A DNA stretch of 63,944 bases, filler included, from Phoronis australis (GCA_002633005.1; 7 parts of 7 records of this genome joined end to end with filler, not necessarily neighbours in it); one strand, 5' to 3'; shown: positions 11,770 through 25,749, counted from the first letter of the whole stretch. Made by a program: numbers and translations. Notes: generated from the sequence alone by a model not told the origin.

Positions 11770-13102
11770 GTAAGTTTACGCTATCACTAATCTGAAATGA
11801 AAGTTTGTAAAGATTAAGTTTGAATCATGTTATCATCCACGATACTGTTTTAAGCCGCACCGATCTTGAGACTTCTATTTTGGAATCGACTGAGGAACAA
11901 TGTTGCAGAGGAACGCGTACGCGTTGCCCCCAGGTGTTGTATAGGCCTATGTACGGCTATATAGAAATGTTTGTTGAAGAATGCTGTCAAGTTTTTTGAA
12001 AAGTAGAATGTTCCTTTCAGAGTTGTATTTCGTTAATAACAATGTCTTTTGATAAACGAAGTAAGAGTGTGAATTTCATGTGTTTCGTCTTTCTACATGG
12101 GTCATGGTAGTCCCTATTAATTTTGTACTTTAATAAGTAACTAGTAGGCCTACTTGTGACAACTTGTGTTAATGTTGTTTTCTTGTCTTATTTTCCTGTA
12201 CCGATGCATAGTAAACATTTTATTTAGTTGCTTACTTTCTAAGCCTTATTACAAACTAGCTAGCCTTGGTGTAAAGCTGTTTGTCTTCATAGTGCTAGTT
12301 GTCTTGGTGGTTAGACGTAACTTGGTGTTCATTTCCTTCCAACTCAAACACTTTTTCAAATCCAAGGAACATCACAGAGTACCTCAGAAGTGACTGAGCA
12401 AATTAAAGATATTACACTTTCTGCTCTGTTCTCCAAAATACTGTTAGGTATTGATTTAAAACGTTCCACTTTTGCATCAGGGACTGTCAAAAAGCAGACT
12501 GATTTTTGTGAAAAAATCACAGTTGCATCAAATGAAAAGGAAATGATAATTTAGAAAATAACTATGACAAAGATTTTGAGATTTTATTTGTAGCATTTAT
12601 ATCATACTAAATTGAATCATGTAATTGATCTCGTGATTTTGCTTTGAATGTACTTTCCTCTTGTTCAAAATTTTACGATAAAAGCATACTAATCACTTGA
12701 GCTTATTAATGGGAGGTTGGCTTAAAGTCAGCTACTAACTTCAATTTAAATTCTGCTTTCAGAAAATATGTACTTTCGCTGAGAGTTAAATTTTACAGTT
12801 TTACAGATATTTGGCTATATGTACAGATTTGTAAATAAGGACCTATATAACCTTATTATGGTTGTTGTTAAATGTTAATAAGAACGAATACAATCAACAG
12901 TCAATGTTTTACTCACAGCCGTTGAATTTGCATTAACTTGCCTAGGACTGTTTTAGTTCCATGTACCAGGAAGTGAATGACTTTTGATAATGATATGCCC
13001 CAGTTTAATGTCTTTTTGTTATCTAAGGTTAGTTCATTGAAAAACACCGTTTGAAGCTGAAATATGTCTTGAGTGATTATAATTATTTTCTGTCTGCAGG
13101 AC

Positions 13103-14896
13103 ATGGCGTCGAACGATCCAGTTGCCCAGCTGCGTCGACTGGTAGAGTGCCCCGTGTGTTTTGAGCGATTCAGAGACCAGAGGGTTTTGCCATGTCTTCA
13201 CTCATTCTGTGAAGATTGCTTGAACAGTCACATGACAGAACAGGGGCAAAGTGGTGAATTTCCATGTCCGGTGTGCAAAACAAAATTTGCTGTTCCAGGA
13301 GAACGGGCTAGTGGCTTCAAACATAACTTTATTCATGCCGGTATCTGTGACATTGTTTCGAATTATGACAACATGAATAAAATGCACTGTTCAGCTCATG
13401 GAGACCGAGTTTTGGAACTGTACTGTGAACAGTGCGAGGTGGCCATATGTTCACGTTGTGTAACTTCAAGTCATAAGCGACACGATCTGAAAGATTTAGA
13501 CGTTGCTGCAAAAGACGCCATTGAGGTGATGCGTGATTTGTTGAAACCTTGGCGAGATGTTACGCAGCACTGGGAAATGTTGCGGGATAAACGACAGCAA
13601 GTTGCACAAAGTTATGCCCAGCAACAAAAAGCTTGTAAGAATGAGATAAAACGTGTATACAGTGATTTCCTGGCAGAGATCACTCGTCAAGTCAAGGTTA
13701 ATGAAGAGAAAGATATTGCAGAGTTGGAAAAACAAGTAGAGACGGCGAGAAAACAGGCAGAAGGTGCTTGTGATGAGGCTGAACTGAACAGGGCGAAGTT
13801 TGCTAGCGTATATGATTATGTAAATAATGTTCTTGAGTCATGTCATGACACTGAGAAACTGCAACAATTTAATGACATTAAATCACTTCTTAACAACTTG
13901 AATATTGGTCAAATCGAGAAGCGGGTTGAAAAAGCAGTCTTTGAAATCCAACCTGCGACAATTGCAGTTCCAAATGTAGTTGTGAATATTATGAAAAAAA
14001 TGGAAGACGAAAATATTTCATCCAATTTTTTAGAAAATTTTGCCTCAGTTGTTGCAGTTTCCAGTAAATCACCTGTCCACCGTGTGACCCCTCAACTGAC
14101 TGTTAAACATGTTCAACTTGAGCGGAGATTTAGCAGTCTGCTTGAGGAGGAGGGGGAAGGCTGGTGTTGGGGACTGGCAGTGGGTGATGGGGTGGTGGTT
14201 GTAACGGACAGTCAGAACAAGAATGTCAAGGTGTTTGATGAAAACAACTTGACCTTCAAATTCACGTTAAACACCGCCCAGCACCGACTGCACTGGCCTC
14301 GTGATGTGACATGTAATAGACTTGGTGAGATCTTCATCACCGACCGCAGCATTCACGGTGTTGTCAAGTATGACGCCAGAGGTCAACAGGTGAAGGTCTA
14401 CCCAGGTGTGTATAAAGGTGAGGGGTGTATTACATGTGACACCGACCAGCTGATAGTGGCGGATACACAGGGTGGACGGGTGTTGTACAGTGACTTTGAT
14501 TGTAAGGTCCATCATCAAATAGACGCCCCCTCCCTGGGTCTGAGTGAGTTCTCACCACGCTATATATGTGTGGATGAGAACACTGGACATGTGGTGGTGA
14601 GCCAGTGGACACCCCCACGTGTGAACGTGATTGACCCCAGACAGCCGGCCGTTATACACACATTCAGTAACGGACTGGTTGAGCCCGAAGGTGTGTGTGT
14701 GGATCAGTTCGGCCACATTCTCCTGGCTGACTACTACAATAACTGTATCCATCTATTGACCCCTGCACGTGCACACGTGATCACCACGAAGGGTGATGTC
14801 TGCATACCTACAGCCATATGTCCATCAGGCCCAGGGAAGGTGTATGTACTGGAGGTGGAAGGTGATGTGAAGGAGTTTAGTTATCTTGATATCTAA
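13103..14896 (+). CDS. TRIM-NHL E3 ubiquitin ligase (RING, B-box2, coiled coil, NHL repeats), 597 aa, one coding exon
   Basis: RING CPVCFERFRDQRVLPCLHSFCEDCL..CPVC; B-box CSAHGDRVLELYCEQCEVAICSRCVTSSHKRH; heptad-rich coiled coil; NHL repeats (WPRDVTCNRLGEIFITD, PEGVCVDQFGHILLADYYNNCIHL). ATG follows a splice acceptor at 13099; AATAAA at 14926. Confidence 0.95.
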   Translation: MASNDPVAQLRRLVECPVCFERFRDQRVLPCLHSFCEDCLNSHMTEQGQSGEFPCPVCKTKFAVPGERASGFKHNFIHAGICDIVSNYDNMNKMHCSAHGDRVLELYCEQCEVAICSRCVTSSHKRHDLKDLDVAAKDAIEVMRDLLKPWRDVTQHWEMLRDKRQQVAQSYAQQQKACKNEIKRVYSDFLAEITRQVKVNEEKDIAELEKQVETARKQAEGACDEAELNRAKFASVYDYVNNVLESCHDTEKLQQFNDIKSLLNNLNIGQIEKRVEKAVFEIQPATIAVPNVVVNIMKKMEDENISSNFLENFASVVAVSSKSPVHRVTPQLTVKHVQLERRFSSLLEEEGEGWCWGLAVGDGVVVVTDSQNKNVKVFDENNLTFKFTLNTAQHRLHWPRDVTCNRLGEIFITDRSIHGVVKYDARGQQVKVYPGVYKGEGCITCDTDQLIVADTQGGRVLYSDFDCKVHHQIDAPSLGLSEFSPRYICVDENTGHVVVSQWTPPRVNVIDPRQPAVIHTFSNGLVEPEGVCVDQFGHILLADYYNNCIHLLTPARAHVITTKGDVCIPTAICPSGPGKVYVLEVEGDVKEFSYLDI

Positions 14897-17800
14897 TTTA
14901 ACACACCTGTACCATTTCCTGGTTGAATAAATGTTTGTGATAATGTTTTGATGAAATGTTTTGTGAAATAAATGCTTGAAATTCTTGAAGTCTGTATGTA
15001 ACATTGTGTGCAGACGACAAAGTAATATTGGACGTATTTTGTCTAAAAATTCAAATAAAAGTTTGACAAAAATCAGCACATTTATACATGAAGGTCTCGT
15101 GCATTTGAATGATCATTGTAGTTATACTGTTAAATGCGTGCGTTTACCTTTTTACAGACCCGTTTTACCTGTGCGTAGTTGTGCGCGGCGACATTTTATC
15201 ATCTTAAAACGCACTTTCTCACATCTGTGTTCGAGTGAAACACGTGTTGTAAAGATTGTGTCCTCTTCTCTATTTTCAATACCAAAATTCTATTCACGAC
15301 GTCAATAACATTTTCATGTTTCTATGAAATAACTGTGATCATAGTGTTCGTTTTCATTGAAATTGTCACTCTTGAAATTCTTAATCAATATTATTGGATA
15401 CTTGAGATTTTCATCATCATCAAAACAAAATCTATCATTTTCTCCCGGACAAACGCAACGTGGGATTGAGTGGGATGAAGTTGTTGAACTTACAAGCTTT
15501 AACAGCGCTATGAAATACAAGATTGATCATTGTATTTCACGATTTTATTACAAATCTCCAATTACCGCCATTATTTGCCAGACATTCGTTGAAATCGAGT
15601 TCTGTGACCTCACCAGTGAAAGTACGCTTGAAATACTCTCCCACGTACTGATGCTGGGATGAAGCGTAGCAAACAAAACGTTTGCCTACGACGTTAGAAT
15701 TTGTAAAGTTCGATTCGCACCTGAGGCTGATCTCGGAAAGTTATTCTTCTCGACTATAGTGTTATGTTAGTTGTTCATGTGATTAATTAAAATTTAATCG
15801 GAAAAAACTATTTTGATTTCAGAAACGGCCTTGTATCCTTGCACATGAAGTCACATCTCTAAATCAATAAAAAACTGATTATTCACGCCCTTTATCGATT
15901 CATTAAAAACAAACGAATTTTGAACGTCTGGTGAAGTGTAAAGATAATCTTGATTGACATGCGTACTGCTGACAACACACAAAATTCATGAAATCCTTTA
16001 TTAAAATTGTCATCATAATTATTTTCGAGTTGTCATTGGTTACCTAATGTCTAAACTTTTTGCTCAGACACATATAATTACAAAGTTTCCTGATTCACAA
16101 GCCTATGCATGGCAATAAAGTAAAAATGAATGTTATTCTTCAACTGCTCTTTGAGAACGCTCTTCTCTCGGGGCTCGTAAGCATCTTTCACTTTCGACAT
16201 TCAATGAATGGTTTACAGATCCAAATATAGCAACAGCAGATAAATGCTTTTTAGTGTATAAACATTTAGCATATTCTTCCATTATAAGATCATATTTATA
16301 AAGTCTATAACTGACAAGCTTACAAAAAGATGACATTTTTTTCTTGCTATAGCTGGGAATCAATACATGAAGATCTCCATTACGCTGAATTCTTTACTAT
16401 GTTCTGTTCGTTAACTTACACTGTAAACTAGTTCTCAGCGAGTCGGCTACTTTTTGAGTGCAACATCTTTGTTATTTTAGAAACATTTCTGTAATATTCA
16501 TGTAGTAATAACGAGAAATTTCGGCGTCCATTCTTAAATTTGTCAACATACGTAATACGTGTCAGATGTCTAAAAGGTCAAGAGCTTGCATGTTGGTTAC
16601 GCTAAAACATAACTTTCGAATGATATTGCTCGAAAATTAGTGACTGCAATAATATCTTAACCAGTCGTTTTAAGCTCAATTGATTAATCACTAATCACTG
16701 TTTTAAACGTACACGTTCGATTTAAGTTTGTATTTAAAGATGCTTGTTTACTCGTTTGGTTCAAGGTCGTCGTAATTTCAATGACAGATGCACAGTTCAA
16801 CGTTTTCTAACAATCCGAATGCCAAGGTCAACTAAATAGTTGAATTAAAAAAGATCGAGAAAATGCGCTACTGAGAATATACAGTTACAAAATCTAAAAT
16901 TCATCACCTTATAATTTTGACGTTCCGCGGGACTGTTGGCTGACATTGGAGTCCTGGCGTGTGTTCCGTAGACCTAGTTTGTTGTTAAAAAAGCAATAAC
17001 TTGCTAGACATCGCGAGTTTTCGCCGTGTAGTGCAAGCAAAGAAGCTAAACAGATGTGTCGCTGTTAGTTGGGCGCACGAACGCACTTTCTCACAAATTA
17101 TATTGCAACAATCTAAACAATGCATGGTAATCAAATATCTGTTAATTGTAAACGAAGGACAATGGTACCGCCAGCACATAAGTAAACCCCAAAAAGGATC
17201 CCAAAATGGTCTGTGATCTTGGTTTGGCCACTTTTTTCTACGTTTCCTTAATTGTGTGACGAAACGCACCACTGCGCAGTGTAAACCTGTGTATAAACCA
17301 GCGTGTCAAGATTGAACCGAGTTAAAAAGGAAATGCGCGGTGTACTGCGTAAACGTGCGTCAACGTCTCACTACCTCTTGACGCAGCTTGTGGAATGGGC
17401 TTCCACAGTGGCGGTGTTGACAGTTTTTGTAGGTCGGCCCAGGTGAGAAAATGTACCCCTCATCTACGATGTCATTTTGCGGCATATCGTGAATATGATC
17501 TGCCGATATTGTTTGGACAGCGTACACGTTATAACAAGCAAAACACAAGGAATCGATATTTTTTGATCCTCCTCAGAGCCAAAAATGACGCTTCGGGAAA
17601 TTTTTGATTGAACACATTTTGCCACCCACTCTATCTCCAATCACATACGGAATAATTGTATGGGCAGTTAGAGTTTGCACAAGTTTAAAAATGTAACAAA
17701 AAAGCTATACGAAATTTTAACGAATCAGTGTACCTTCAATGGATGACTCAGGCCCGCAGCAAGCGGGGGGGGGAGGCAACCGACAAAAAGCGTTGGGCCG

Positions 17801-18839
17801 GGGAGAGTGAAGACGAGAAAGACTTCGATAAGAGAGAAAATTCAAGAGAACATTTAACTACTCAGGTTCAGTGCTTGGTTTACCATTTGAGGATCCTGGC
17901 CGGGACACTGTTGTTAGAGTCTCCGCTTTTGCACCACATGTCGTCTAAACACACTTGAAAACATGCAGGTAATCATTCATACATATTCATTCATACAAAT
18001 ATTTCGAAAAATCGAGAAAATTTGTGAAGCGAAGCTTTTGCGGAGCATATTAATTTACTGGATTTTTAAGTTCAACAAGACAATTTTGGAAAACAAAACT
18101 ATAGTTTTCCAGAGGCCCTTCTCTCCCAAGTCACAGGGAAAAAACTGTCGCTGTATTGTTTCCCTTGTGCATCACTTGAGAAAATTGATGACCTGACACA
18201 TAATATCAATTCCTGAGCATTTTCTGACTTTTGAAAATATTTAGGAGCCTAGCCCTCGAAGGGACTATTGATGACATTCACATTTTGTGTTTTTATTGAC
18301 AAATTCTTAAAGGATCCTCACGGAGAGAGGGTCCAATGTGGGAATTGATTACCTGCGTTTTCCTGTTTTTTGTGAAATCGTGCAACTGGCTTAAATCTCG
18401 AGGAAGTTCACTTCCTGCCCACACGACGATGGAATAAACAGTCACTCTTTTCCAAGCTTACCATCTTATGTTGTCCCATTTCAAACTGGACCCTCTCTCG
18501 GCAGTTCGGGGAAATCTCCGTTTATCTCTCTACACATGTAAATCCAACACTACCATTCACAAAGAGAAGCTCAAATTCCAAATTCATCAAAAACACATAA
18601 CGTTCGTGCAATAAATACTTTGCTTTTTGACTTGGGTACAAGATTTGTCGTTTAAACACACAACCAGGAGATCAAAAAGGAACCGAGTCATTAAATCAAG
18701 GCAAACGTATTGGTCACGGAATCAATTGTTGGTTTCTGATTTACATTTGTATATATCAGAGACCCAAGTAGCAAAGTTCACTAAACGTTCTTTGTCAATC
18801 TGAAATAAGCCCCACACCGATGAATGTCTGACAGCTCTA

Positions 18840-19235
18840 CAAAGTGTCCCAAAATGCTCTCACAATTCAAATGACAATATAATGTTTATTGACTAAGGAA
18901 CTAGATTGGTGGTATAAATTTACAAACCGTTGATCAAAAAAAGTTTAAGTCCTTAAATAAATGAAATGAAATTCATTGCTCGTTAGCTTGGAAAAATTGT
19001 CTGTGGGCTTCCTTGATGTTTTTAGTTGTGTTGCGCAATGATTTTTTGTTCTTCAAAACCAAATCGTTTGGTTGCTATTCCCGTGCATACTACACAGACG
19101 GGGCACTTCATGACTGACGCATCCACGTTAAAAATGAGATTTAACTATGTAGGCCCACACAGAATCTCAGTGATCCACAGGAAATGAATCTGAACTCGAG
19201 GCGTTGAAACACAAACATTTTTGGGACACTCTCTG
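18840..19235. mobile_element. Tc1/mariner-type MITE
   Basis: TA|caaagtgtcccaaaatg ... catttttgggacactctctg|TA: TIRs with a TA target duplication. Confidence 0.7.
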
Positions 19236-19364
19236 TATCATTTTCCCTAGCCACCAAAACTGGACTATCGTCCGGTTTTCAACAAGGGATTTTAAAACAT
19301 CCCCAAAGGCACTACACCAGGGACCTCGGGACATCACCTTTTTAAAAAATGACCATAATAAAAT

Positions 19365-19996
19365 GAAGTTCCTCTCGGGTTGATCTAGCTCAATTTTTAA
19401 CCCTTATTGATAACCGTCTAGCAGAGGCACCCCACCACTCAAATTGTCTAGCACCTAACAGTTGTGCCACGTTAAGTGAAGCTGAACATCGTGCGTTTGG
19501 TTTCAAACGGTTACCTGGTGGGTTGATCTAGCTCAGCTCGGGTATTTGAGCGTGTCTGGTGGGGCTAACCCACCACTAGATTTGTCTGGCAGTGTTCATT
19601 CGTGATACCTGAGCTCACGGTAAATATTTTGCAACTGGTTTCATGCGGTTACCTCTTGGGTTGATCAAGCTCATTTTTTACCTTGTTTATAACCGCCTGG
19701 CCGATACGCCCCACCACTGAAATTGTCTGGCAGTGACCAATTTTGATACAGTGGATTGCGTAGTAGGTATACGAGGCAGTTTGAAGTGGTTACCAGAAAA
19801 GTTGATCTAGCTCAATTTTTGAGTGTCATTCTCTTGGGTCCCCTGACCACACCCACCAGAGCGAACCTGCCAGAGGGCCATTTCCAAGTATAAGGATACC
19901 CGCAGAGCACTGTGGTACCAAAGAAAATTGGTTTCTTGTTCATGCCCAAAAAAACTCTGGGATCCAGGTCAAATTCGAAAGTAGGTGGCACTCATA
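19365..19996. repeat. Array of four diverged units of about 140 bp, ending in the dispersed repeat end also seen at 2490-2657
   Basis: ggttacc..gttgatctagctca..cccaccact..ttgtct.gca recurs at about 19371, 19509, 19646 and 19789. Confidence 0.75.
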
Positions 19997-20589
19997 AAAC
20001 TGTTGATAACCCAGTTCACGCTAATCTTATCTTTTCGGTACACGAACAAGTACTTTGCGAGTATTCCCGTCGCAAGAAATAGGATCTTGACAAAAAGTGC
20101 TGAACAAACTCCGACTTTTGACCCTTGCCTTTATCTTTTTCACAATTAGTGCGTTTATTTCATTTTAAAATATGGAAACGATAAATACAATTATCATGTT
20201 GAATTAGGGAAGATAGTAATAAATTGATAGCAGACACACAGTAAATATGTTGAACAAATAAACTGATGAAATTTCACTCATGAACGAATTAATATTAATT
20301 AAATAACAGTAACTAATATGCTACTGTAGTTGGATGAGTAACTAAACTTTTACACAGAATTACAAACATAGGAGATGTCAATGGTATAATCAAGGTAATG
20401 ATCGGTTCCCTTACCGATATTACAAACAAATCATTTATTGTGTTCGTTTGGTATTACGTTGTGTCAACATGGTGTTGGGGGTGAATTTCTGTTTTTGTAT
20501 TACTAAGACTATGCTGTACAGATATTTTATAGCCAAAATAGATAAGGCAATATTAATGGTATAAGTTTTGAAGACAATATCCACACCGG

Positions 20590-20661
20590 CCAACCCGGAA
20601 TCGACAACGCCCGGAAGGCGATTGAGAACGAAATTTGTTTCGAGAAGCGAAGCAAGGCAAG
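20590..20661 (+). promoter_or_regulatory. Possible promoter and first exon of an unidentified plus-strand transcript
   Basis: Two CCGGAA (ETS-like) sites at 20595 and 20611 in a CpG-rich patch, then a consensus donor CAAG|gtgagt at 20662. Confidence 0.35.
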
Positions 20662-23644
20662 GTGAGTAAAGTTGAGGAATTTTCGTTTTTTTAGTTCCAA
20701 TGCGAAAACAGAGACATGAGTTCAAGGTGTAACACATTGAGGAAGGAAACGTAGAGGTTTAGGCCAGTGTCTCTTCCAGTTATTGGAGAAAAGTTACGTT
20801 GAACGAGGCATCGCTTAAGCCGAAGGTGATTTGTATGTCATTTTGGCGAACTGCAGTTATTTTTTGGCACTAAATCAATAAATTGACCATGAAGTTATGA
20901 AGAAATGACGTGTGAAAATATAACACAACGCTTGCTTCTTGTAGTTTTGTCAGAATATCTGACTTTTCGACACTTTTTTGTTGAAAGACGCGATCGAGAA
21001 CGCAAACATAAACTATCGGGAACGCAAATTTGAGTATTGTTTATGCGATCGGGAACGCATCGTGGAATGTCGAACGATAATGAACTTTTGAATTAGAAAA
21101 CGTGAAAAGGGTTATTAGTGTGGTGCAATGAATTAATCGCATTTTGCGTCATTACTGTGTTACTTTCGTATAAAAACTAAACAATATCATAGCATTACCA
21201 TTAAATTGCCAAGAGCTGACTACATGTACATCAAGCACTATTTTAGTTTCAGATATTTTGAGAAATGAATTAATTTTCTTTTCAGGAAACATGTTCACTG
21301 TTATTGTTGTGAGGCGATCTTCAACGAACATGTTAATAACGGCGTGAAAGTACACGCTGTCAGGGTTTTGAAATACAGACATATACTTTTAGACGAAACC
21401 AAGGGGTTCTAAACTAAGTCTCAGCAATTGTTCCATGTGGCGCGTAAGCCAGAAGTAAACAAATTGTTGCTGCATATGAAAGCGAGTGTCGAATCTTCTT
21501 ACAAAATTTAATTGTGGCAGCAAAAGGAAAAAGCAAATACGTTAGTGAAGTCAAAGAATGATGATGAGCTTGCCCATGGGGAGACAGAGGAGTGCGGCAA
21601 CACCATTCACAAGATGACTCAAAGATTGCCGCTCATGAACGTCTGGGATTTAAAAAAATGCTAGAAGTTGTGTTAGCTATTTTGCTGATAAAATGGGTGG
21701 AATTTCGTTTGATGTTTTACTGAATTATTGATGCATAGATGAACAGATTGACTTGTGGCACTGGTGTGGCTTGGATATACAACGTATGGGACATTTTGTT
21801 TGACTCTTCTGTTTTGTAGTCTTGGCCCTGAGTTTTATCTTCAGTTCATGATCTCCAGTTTAATGTGACATTGAAAAAGAGTGAGACGAGTAATAATACA
21901 CCTACTATGTTGTGATTTTCTCAAAAACTTTGTTAAAATGTTGTCTTTAACATCACTTCAAGACACCATGTAGTGATTACACAGGAAATCAACAACAATA
22001 TTAAAGCAATTAATCTTTTATCGCACATACCTCAAAATTGGTCATACAGGAAAAAGATGTGAAATATTGCTTTAGGGAAATCAAGATTACAAATCCATTG
22101 TACATTTCCTGCGAATTATTTTTGAAATGTTTTATACTAAATAATCACTGAATCATAAAAAATCGGACTGGTTGATAGTATAAAATTCTCTCACATGGAT
22201 CAACAACAATATCAAAGCAATTTCTACAATAATCGCAGACATATAGTTTTCCTTTAAAATACTAATTGGTTATAACAATTGTATGTAAGTATCACCCAAT
22301 GACACATAGTGTGGCCATTTAAATGCGCCCAAACACTATAAAGATGCATTGGTTCTCTCTGTTGAAATAACACAAATACAAAAAGAAACTTCAGAAAAAA
22401 AAGGATCACAACAAAACGTCAAAATACTATCACATCAGACAACTTCCAACCATAAACTCTGTAAGTCTGAATAAAGTTTAGCGACTTAACAATTTTGACT
22501 ACTTGACTTAATGATTTCCTTCATGTCGATTCTGGTTCTCATTCCTGTGGAAGAGGTCAAGAAAAAGGAGTGTACTCAGTCTCACTCTTTCTGTGAAACA
22601 TTGATCGTAGATAGGACATTGAATCAATTTGATTCCCGAGCACTATGCTTCATGTTGTGTTTTGTTATATGGGTAAAAAATCTTGCCCCATGCAACACGT
22701 CAATCACATGGGTGGTAAAGGTTTTGCTTGCTGCTGAGTGTCACTGTGTTTTATTGTCAAGTGGTTATACAAAGGTTTCTTCCTGAACGAAGCTCCACAA
22801 CATAATATATAATTTGTAACATGCAGCAGTTGTGCTACTCTTTTTTGAAGGCGTGGACGTTAACACCCTGAAGGACTCGTCGTGTGGCTATAGTTCAACT
22901 GAAGAATCAAACGCATTTAATCATATTTGTTAGACTAACTCTCACACAGAAATCATGAAAAACGATGAAAGTATAATGAACAATCGTCCTGTCAACTAAT
23001 CCATGGTCCGTATTATTCTACAATTATTGATATAACACCGTGACTTGAACGATTATTTAGGAAAATGCAAATGCCAGGTTCAACAACGATTTCAATTAAT
23101 TTGAATCCTTATCCATATTGCCCATTGTTATCAATATCAAATCGTGGTTAAATTGAATGTACATATATATTCTTAATTTCTAACGTACAGTTTCTTTGAC
23201 GTAATCTTTTTGAGGAATGAGCACCGGTAGGTTTTACTCTAGTGTTCCGCGTATAATCGACTACATGTGTACGTCTTACCCGATGAAGGTGTATTTTCAT
23301 ATCCCAACACATGTATAAGCGTTGTCGGACATAAAGTTGGTAATTCTGACTGATACGACCGGGCAAACTGAATTACTAATTTTTCGCGGCTTAACACGTT
23401 GCACATGTGAGCAACTTTACATTCATTGCCATGTATTCTATCCGAATTTGTCTCCACGTGAGTTCAGTTTTTAGGCTATTATCCAAACAAGAAAAAACAA
23501 ATACTTGAGAACGATATCTGAGTAACTTAAAAGTATATTTCGCTCATTTTATCTTTAATTGCTTTTTTCGCAAAAGTGAAAATTAAACCTACATTACGTT
23601 CGCTTTAAATAATTGTTGTACATGTATGAGCATTTGAGTACAGG

Positions 23645-23840
23645 CCACGCGTTATGACTATGCCATGGGCCCAAGCTATGACTATGCCACGGGCCCCGCG
23701 CTGTGACTATGCCACGGGCCCCGCGCTATGACTATGCCACGGGCCCCGCGCTATGACTATGCTACGGACCCCGCGCTATGACTATGCCACGCGCTATGAC
23801 TATGCCACGGGCCCTGCGCTATGACTATGCCACGGGCCCC
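23645..23840. repeat. GC-rich minisatellite, 25-bp unit, about 8 copies
   Basis: Tandem gactatgccacgggccccgcgctat with minor variants. Confidence 0.95.
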
Positions 23841-25154
23841 CCAGTGATAGCTGAATCCACCAATACATCAGCAGGAAAGAAATGTCTTGCATGTTGAACA
23901 GGTAATCAGCTGAGTTTGAAGTCCTATCAGGAATGAACCACGGGGGTTTTTGATCTTTGTACTGGTGTCATCATAGATAAAAAAATAATCTATGGTGTCG
24001 TGTTGGTACCGATCACGTGTTATCAGCCTTGTGACAAGAGCAATGTTCACTGTACAAATCGTGGAAAGATATGCACTGTGGTTTAACCAATGACAGCGCG
24101 CATTTGTAACAGTAGACACGTCGCTTTCATTTCAAAATTCGCGGAAAGATAAAGGAGACTTCAGAATGGTTTTAAAATAGTAATAAATTACATTATTATC
24201 TAGTTGGCAATGACTAGATACAGTGAAAATGTGACAGCAGGATTGTAAAAGACCACCAGAGCGTTTTATCAGATAAAAGCGTCAGTTCTTCGATATATCA
24301 AGACCTTAATATCCCTCCAAGTCGAGCCAACCTGTCGAACGCGGTCTCAAGAAAATGTACATTCTTCCCAAGAAGCTCAGAAATCAAATTTAATTTCAGT
24401 TGAGTCAGTATATAACAGTGGGTAATCTGTATCGAGTTTTTTGGAAGACATATTGTTGAACTGAAGTACTGAAATATTGCAGATTCACAAAAACTTGGTA
24501 ATAAACGTTAACCAAGGGGAAGATTCTTGCACTGTGTTTCAAAACACTTCTGGGTACAAACTGTGACACTTCTTTAGACTCCACTTGGTGGGGACTGCAT
24601 TGTAAACTTACGTGCTCCCGTTTAGTCCGTAGTCCAGGCAAAACCAGTTTTCATATGCTTGACATGAATTTTGCTTTTGTAAAGCGCCAAGTTCATTCTT
24701 TTGTCTTATGTCACGAGGCAATCAGCAGCTGAGTGAATACCCATCAAAACTGTTGTCAAGAAATGAAAAACACATCTCAGCGTTTTGTTTACCATACTTC
24801 TTCTGCAAAACCAGGATTCTACACTAACCTTTAACGAGGAATTCAACTTCAGAAGCCAAACACGAGCAGTTTCTGTCCCTGATATTTCAGTTCATATCGG
24901 TCAGTATTTTAGTACCCTCCATACATCTTTAATTTAATAATTTCTCTATACCACACAATAGTTGCTTAGAACAACTTTTGAGATATCACAGGCAGGCGGC
25001 GACACCTAGTGATGTAGAGAAGCAATGACGAACTTCAACAACCATAAGATGTCCATATAGTCTGAAAAGTTTGTTTGAATCCGATTATCTATTTCTGAAT
25101 GAAATGTTCCGAACCATGATAAGTGAATTGTGGACATTTTCATGAAGTTACTGG

Positions 25155-25246
25155 CAGTGGNNNNNNNNNNNNNNNNNNNNNNNNNNNNNNNNNNNNNNNN
25201 NNNNNNNNNNNNNNNNNCCTAACTCAAAATCCTAAATCCGCCCTTG
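25155..25246. mobile_element. MITE with a 5-bp TSD, same family as 5841-6153; interior falls in an N gap
   Basis: ACTGG|cagtgg...cctaactcaaaatcctaaatccgcccttg|ACTGG. Confidence 0.8.
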
Positions 25247-25749
25247 ACTGGTTACCTATATGGAAATGATTCTGAGCTGGCCGCCACATTGCCTGTATGG
25301 GGAAAAGTAGTACCAATCTAAATCGGCTAAATACGGCTATGTTATTATAGATAGTCTGTCCCGTGTAGACAGCGCGTACACTGTAGTAGGCCAACATTCC
25401 TGGGCAAACGGCTGGTCTTGGTGCACAGGATGACTTGCAATTTCACGCCCGTTGTTCACTGAAATCTATTACATATTATTTTTAAAATGTTTCACTTTTG
25501 CATAAAAATGGAAATAGATTATTTAAACAACTACAGTACGGTTTAACATTGATATCAAAGGCAAAATAACCATGTCATTATGTATTAGTACATCACAACA
25601 CCGATTTTTGCGTCAGCGATAAATAAATAAATAAGAATGGATAAATAAATAAATAAAAATGAGTAGATAAATAAGAATGAATAAATAAATTGAAGTAACA
25701 ATCAAACGAGTTCTCGTCCATGTCGGTAACTAGCAGGTTTTTCTAGTAC

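Noticed and set aside
13073-13102. N-terminal extension MIIIIFCLQD of the 607-aa ORF
   Set aside because: It starts at GTG and is the polypyrimidine tract and acceptor of the upstream intron; the likely start is the ATG at 13103.
15100-16560. Short ORFs downstream of the TRIM gene as a possible transposase relic
   Set aside because: No recognisable motif and many stops in all frames.
23645-23840. CRISPR-like array
   Set aside because: Units are directly adjacent with no unique spacers, no cas genes are present, and the context is eukaryotic.
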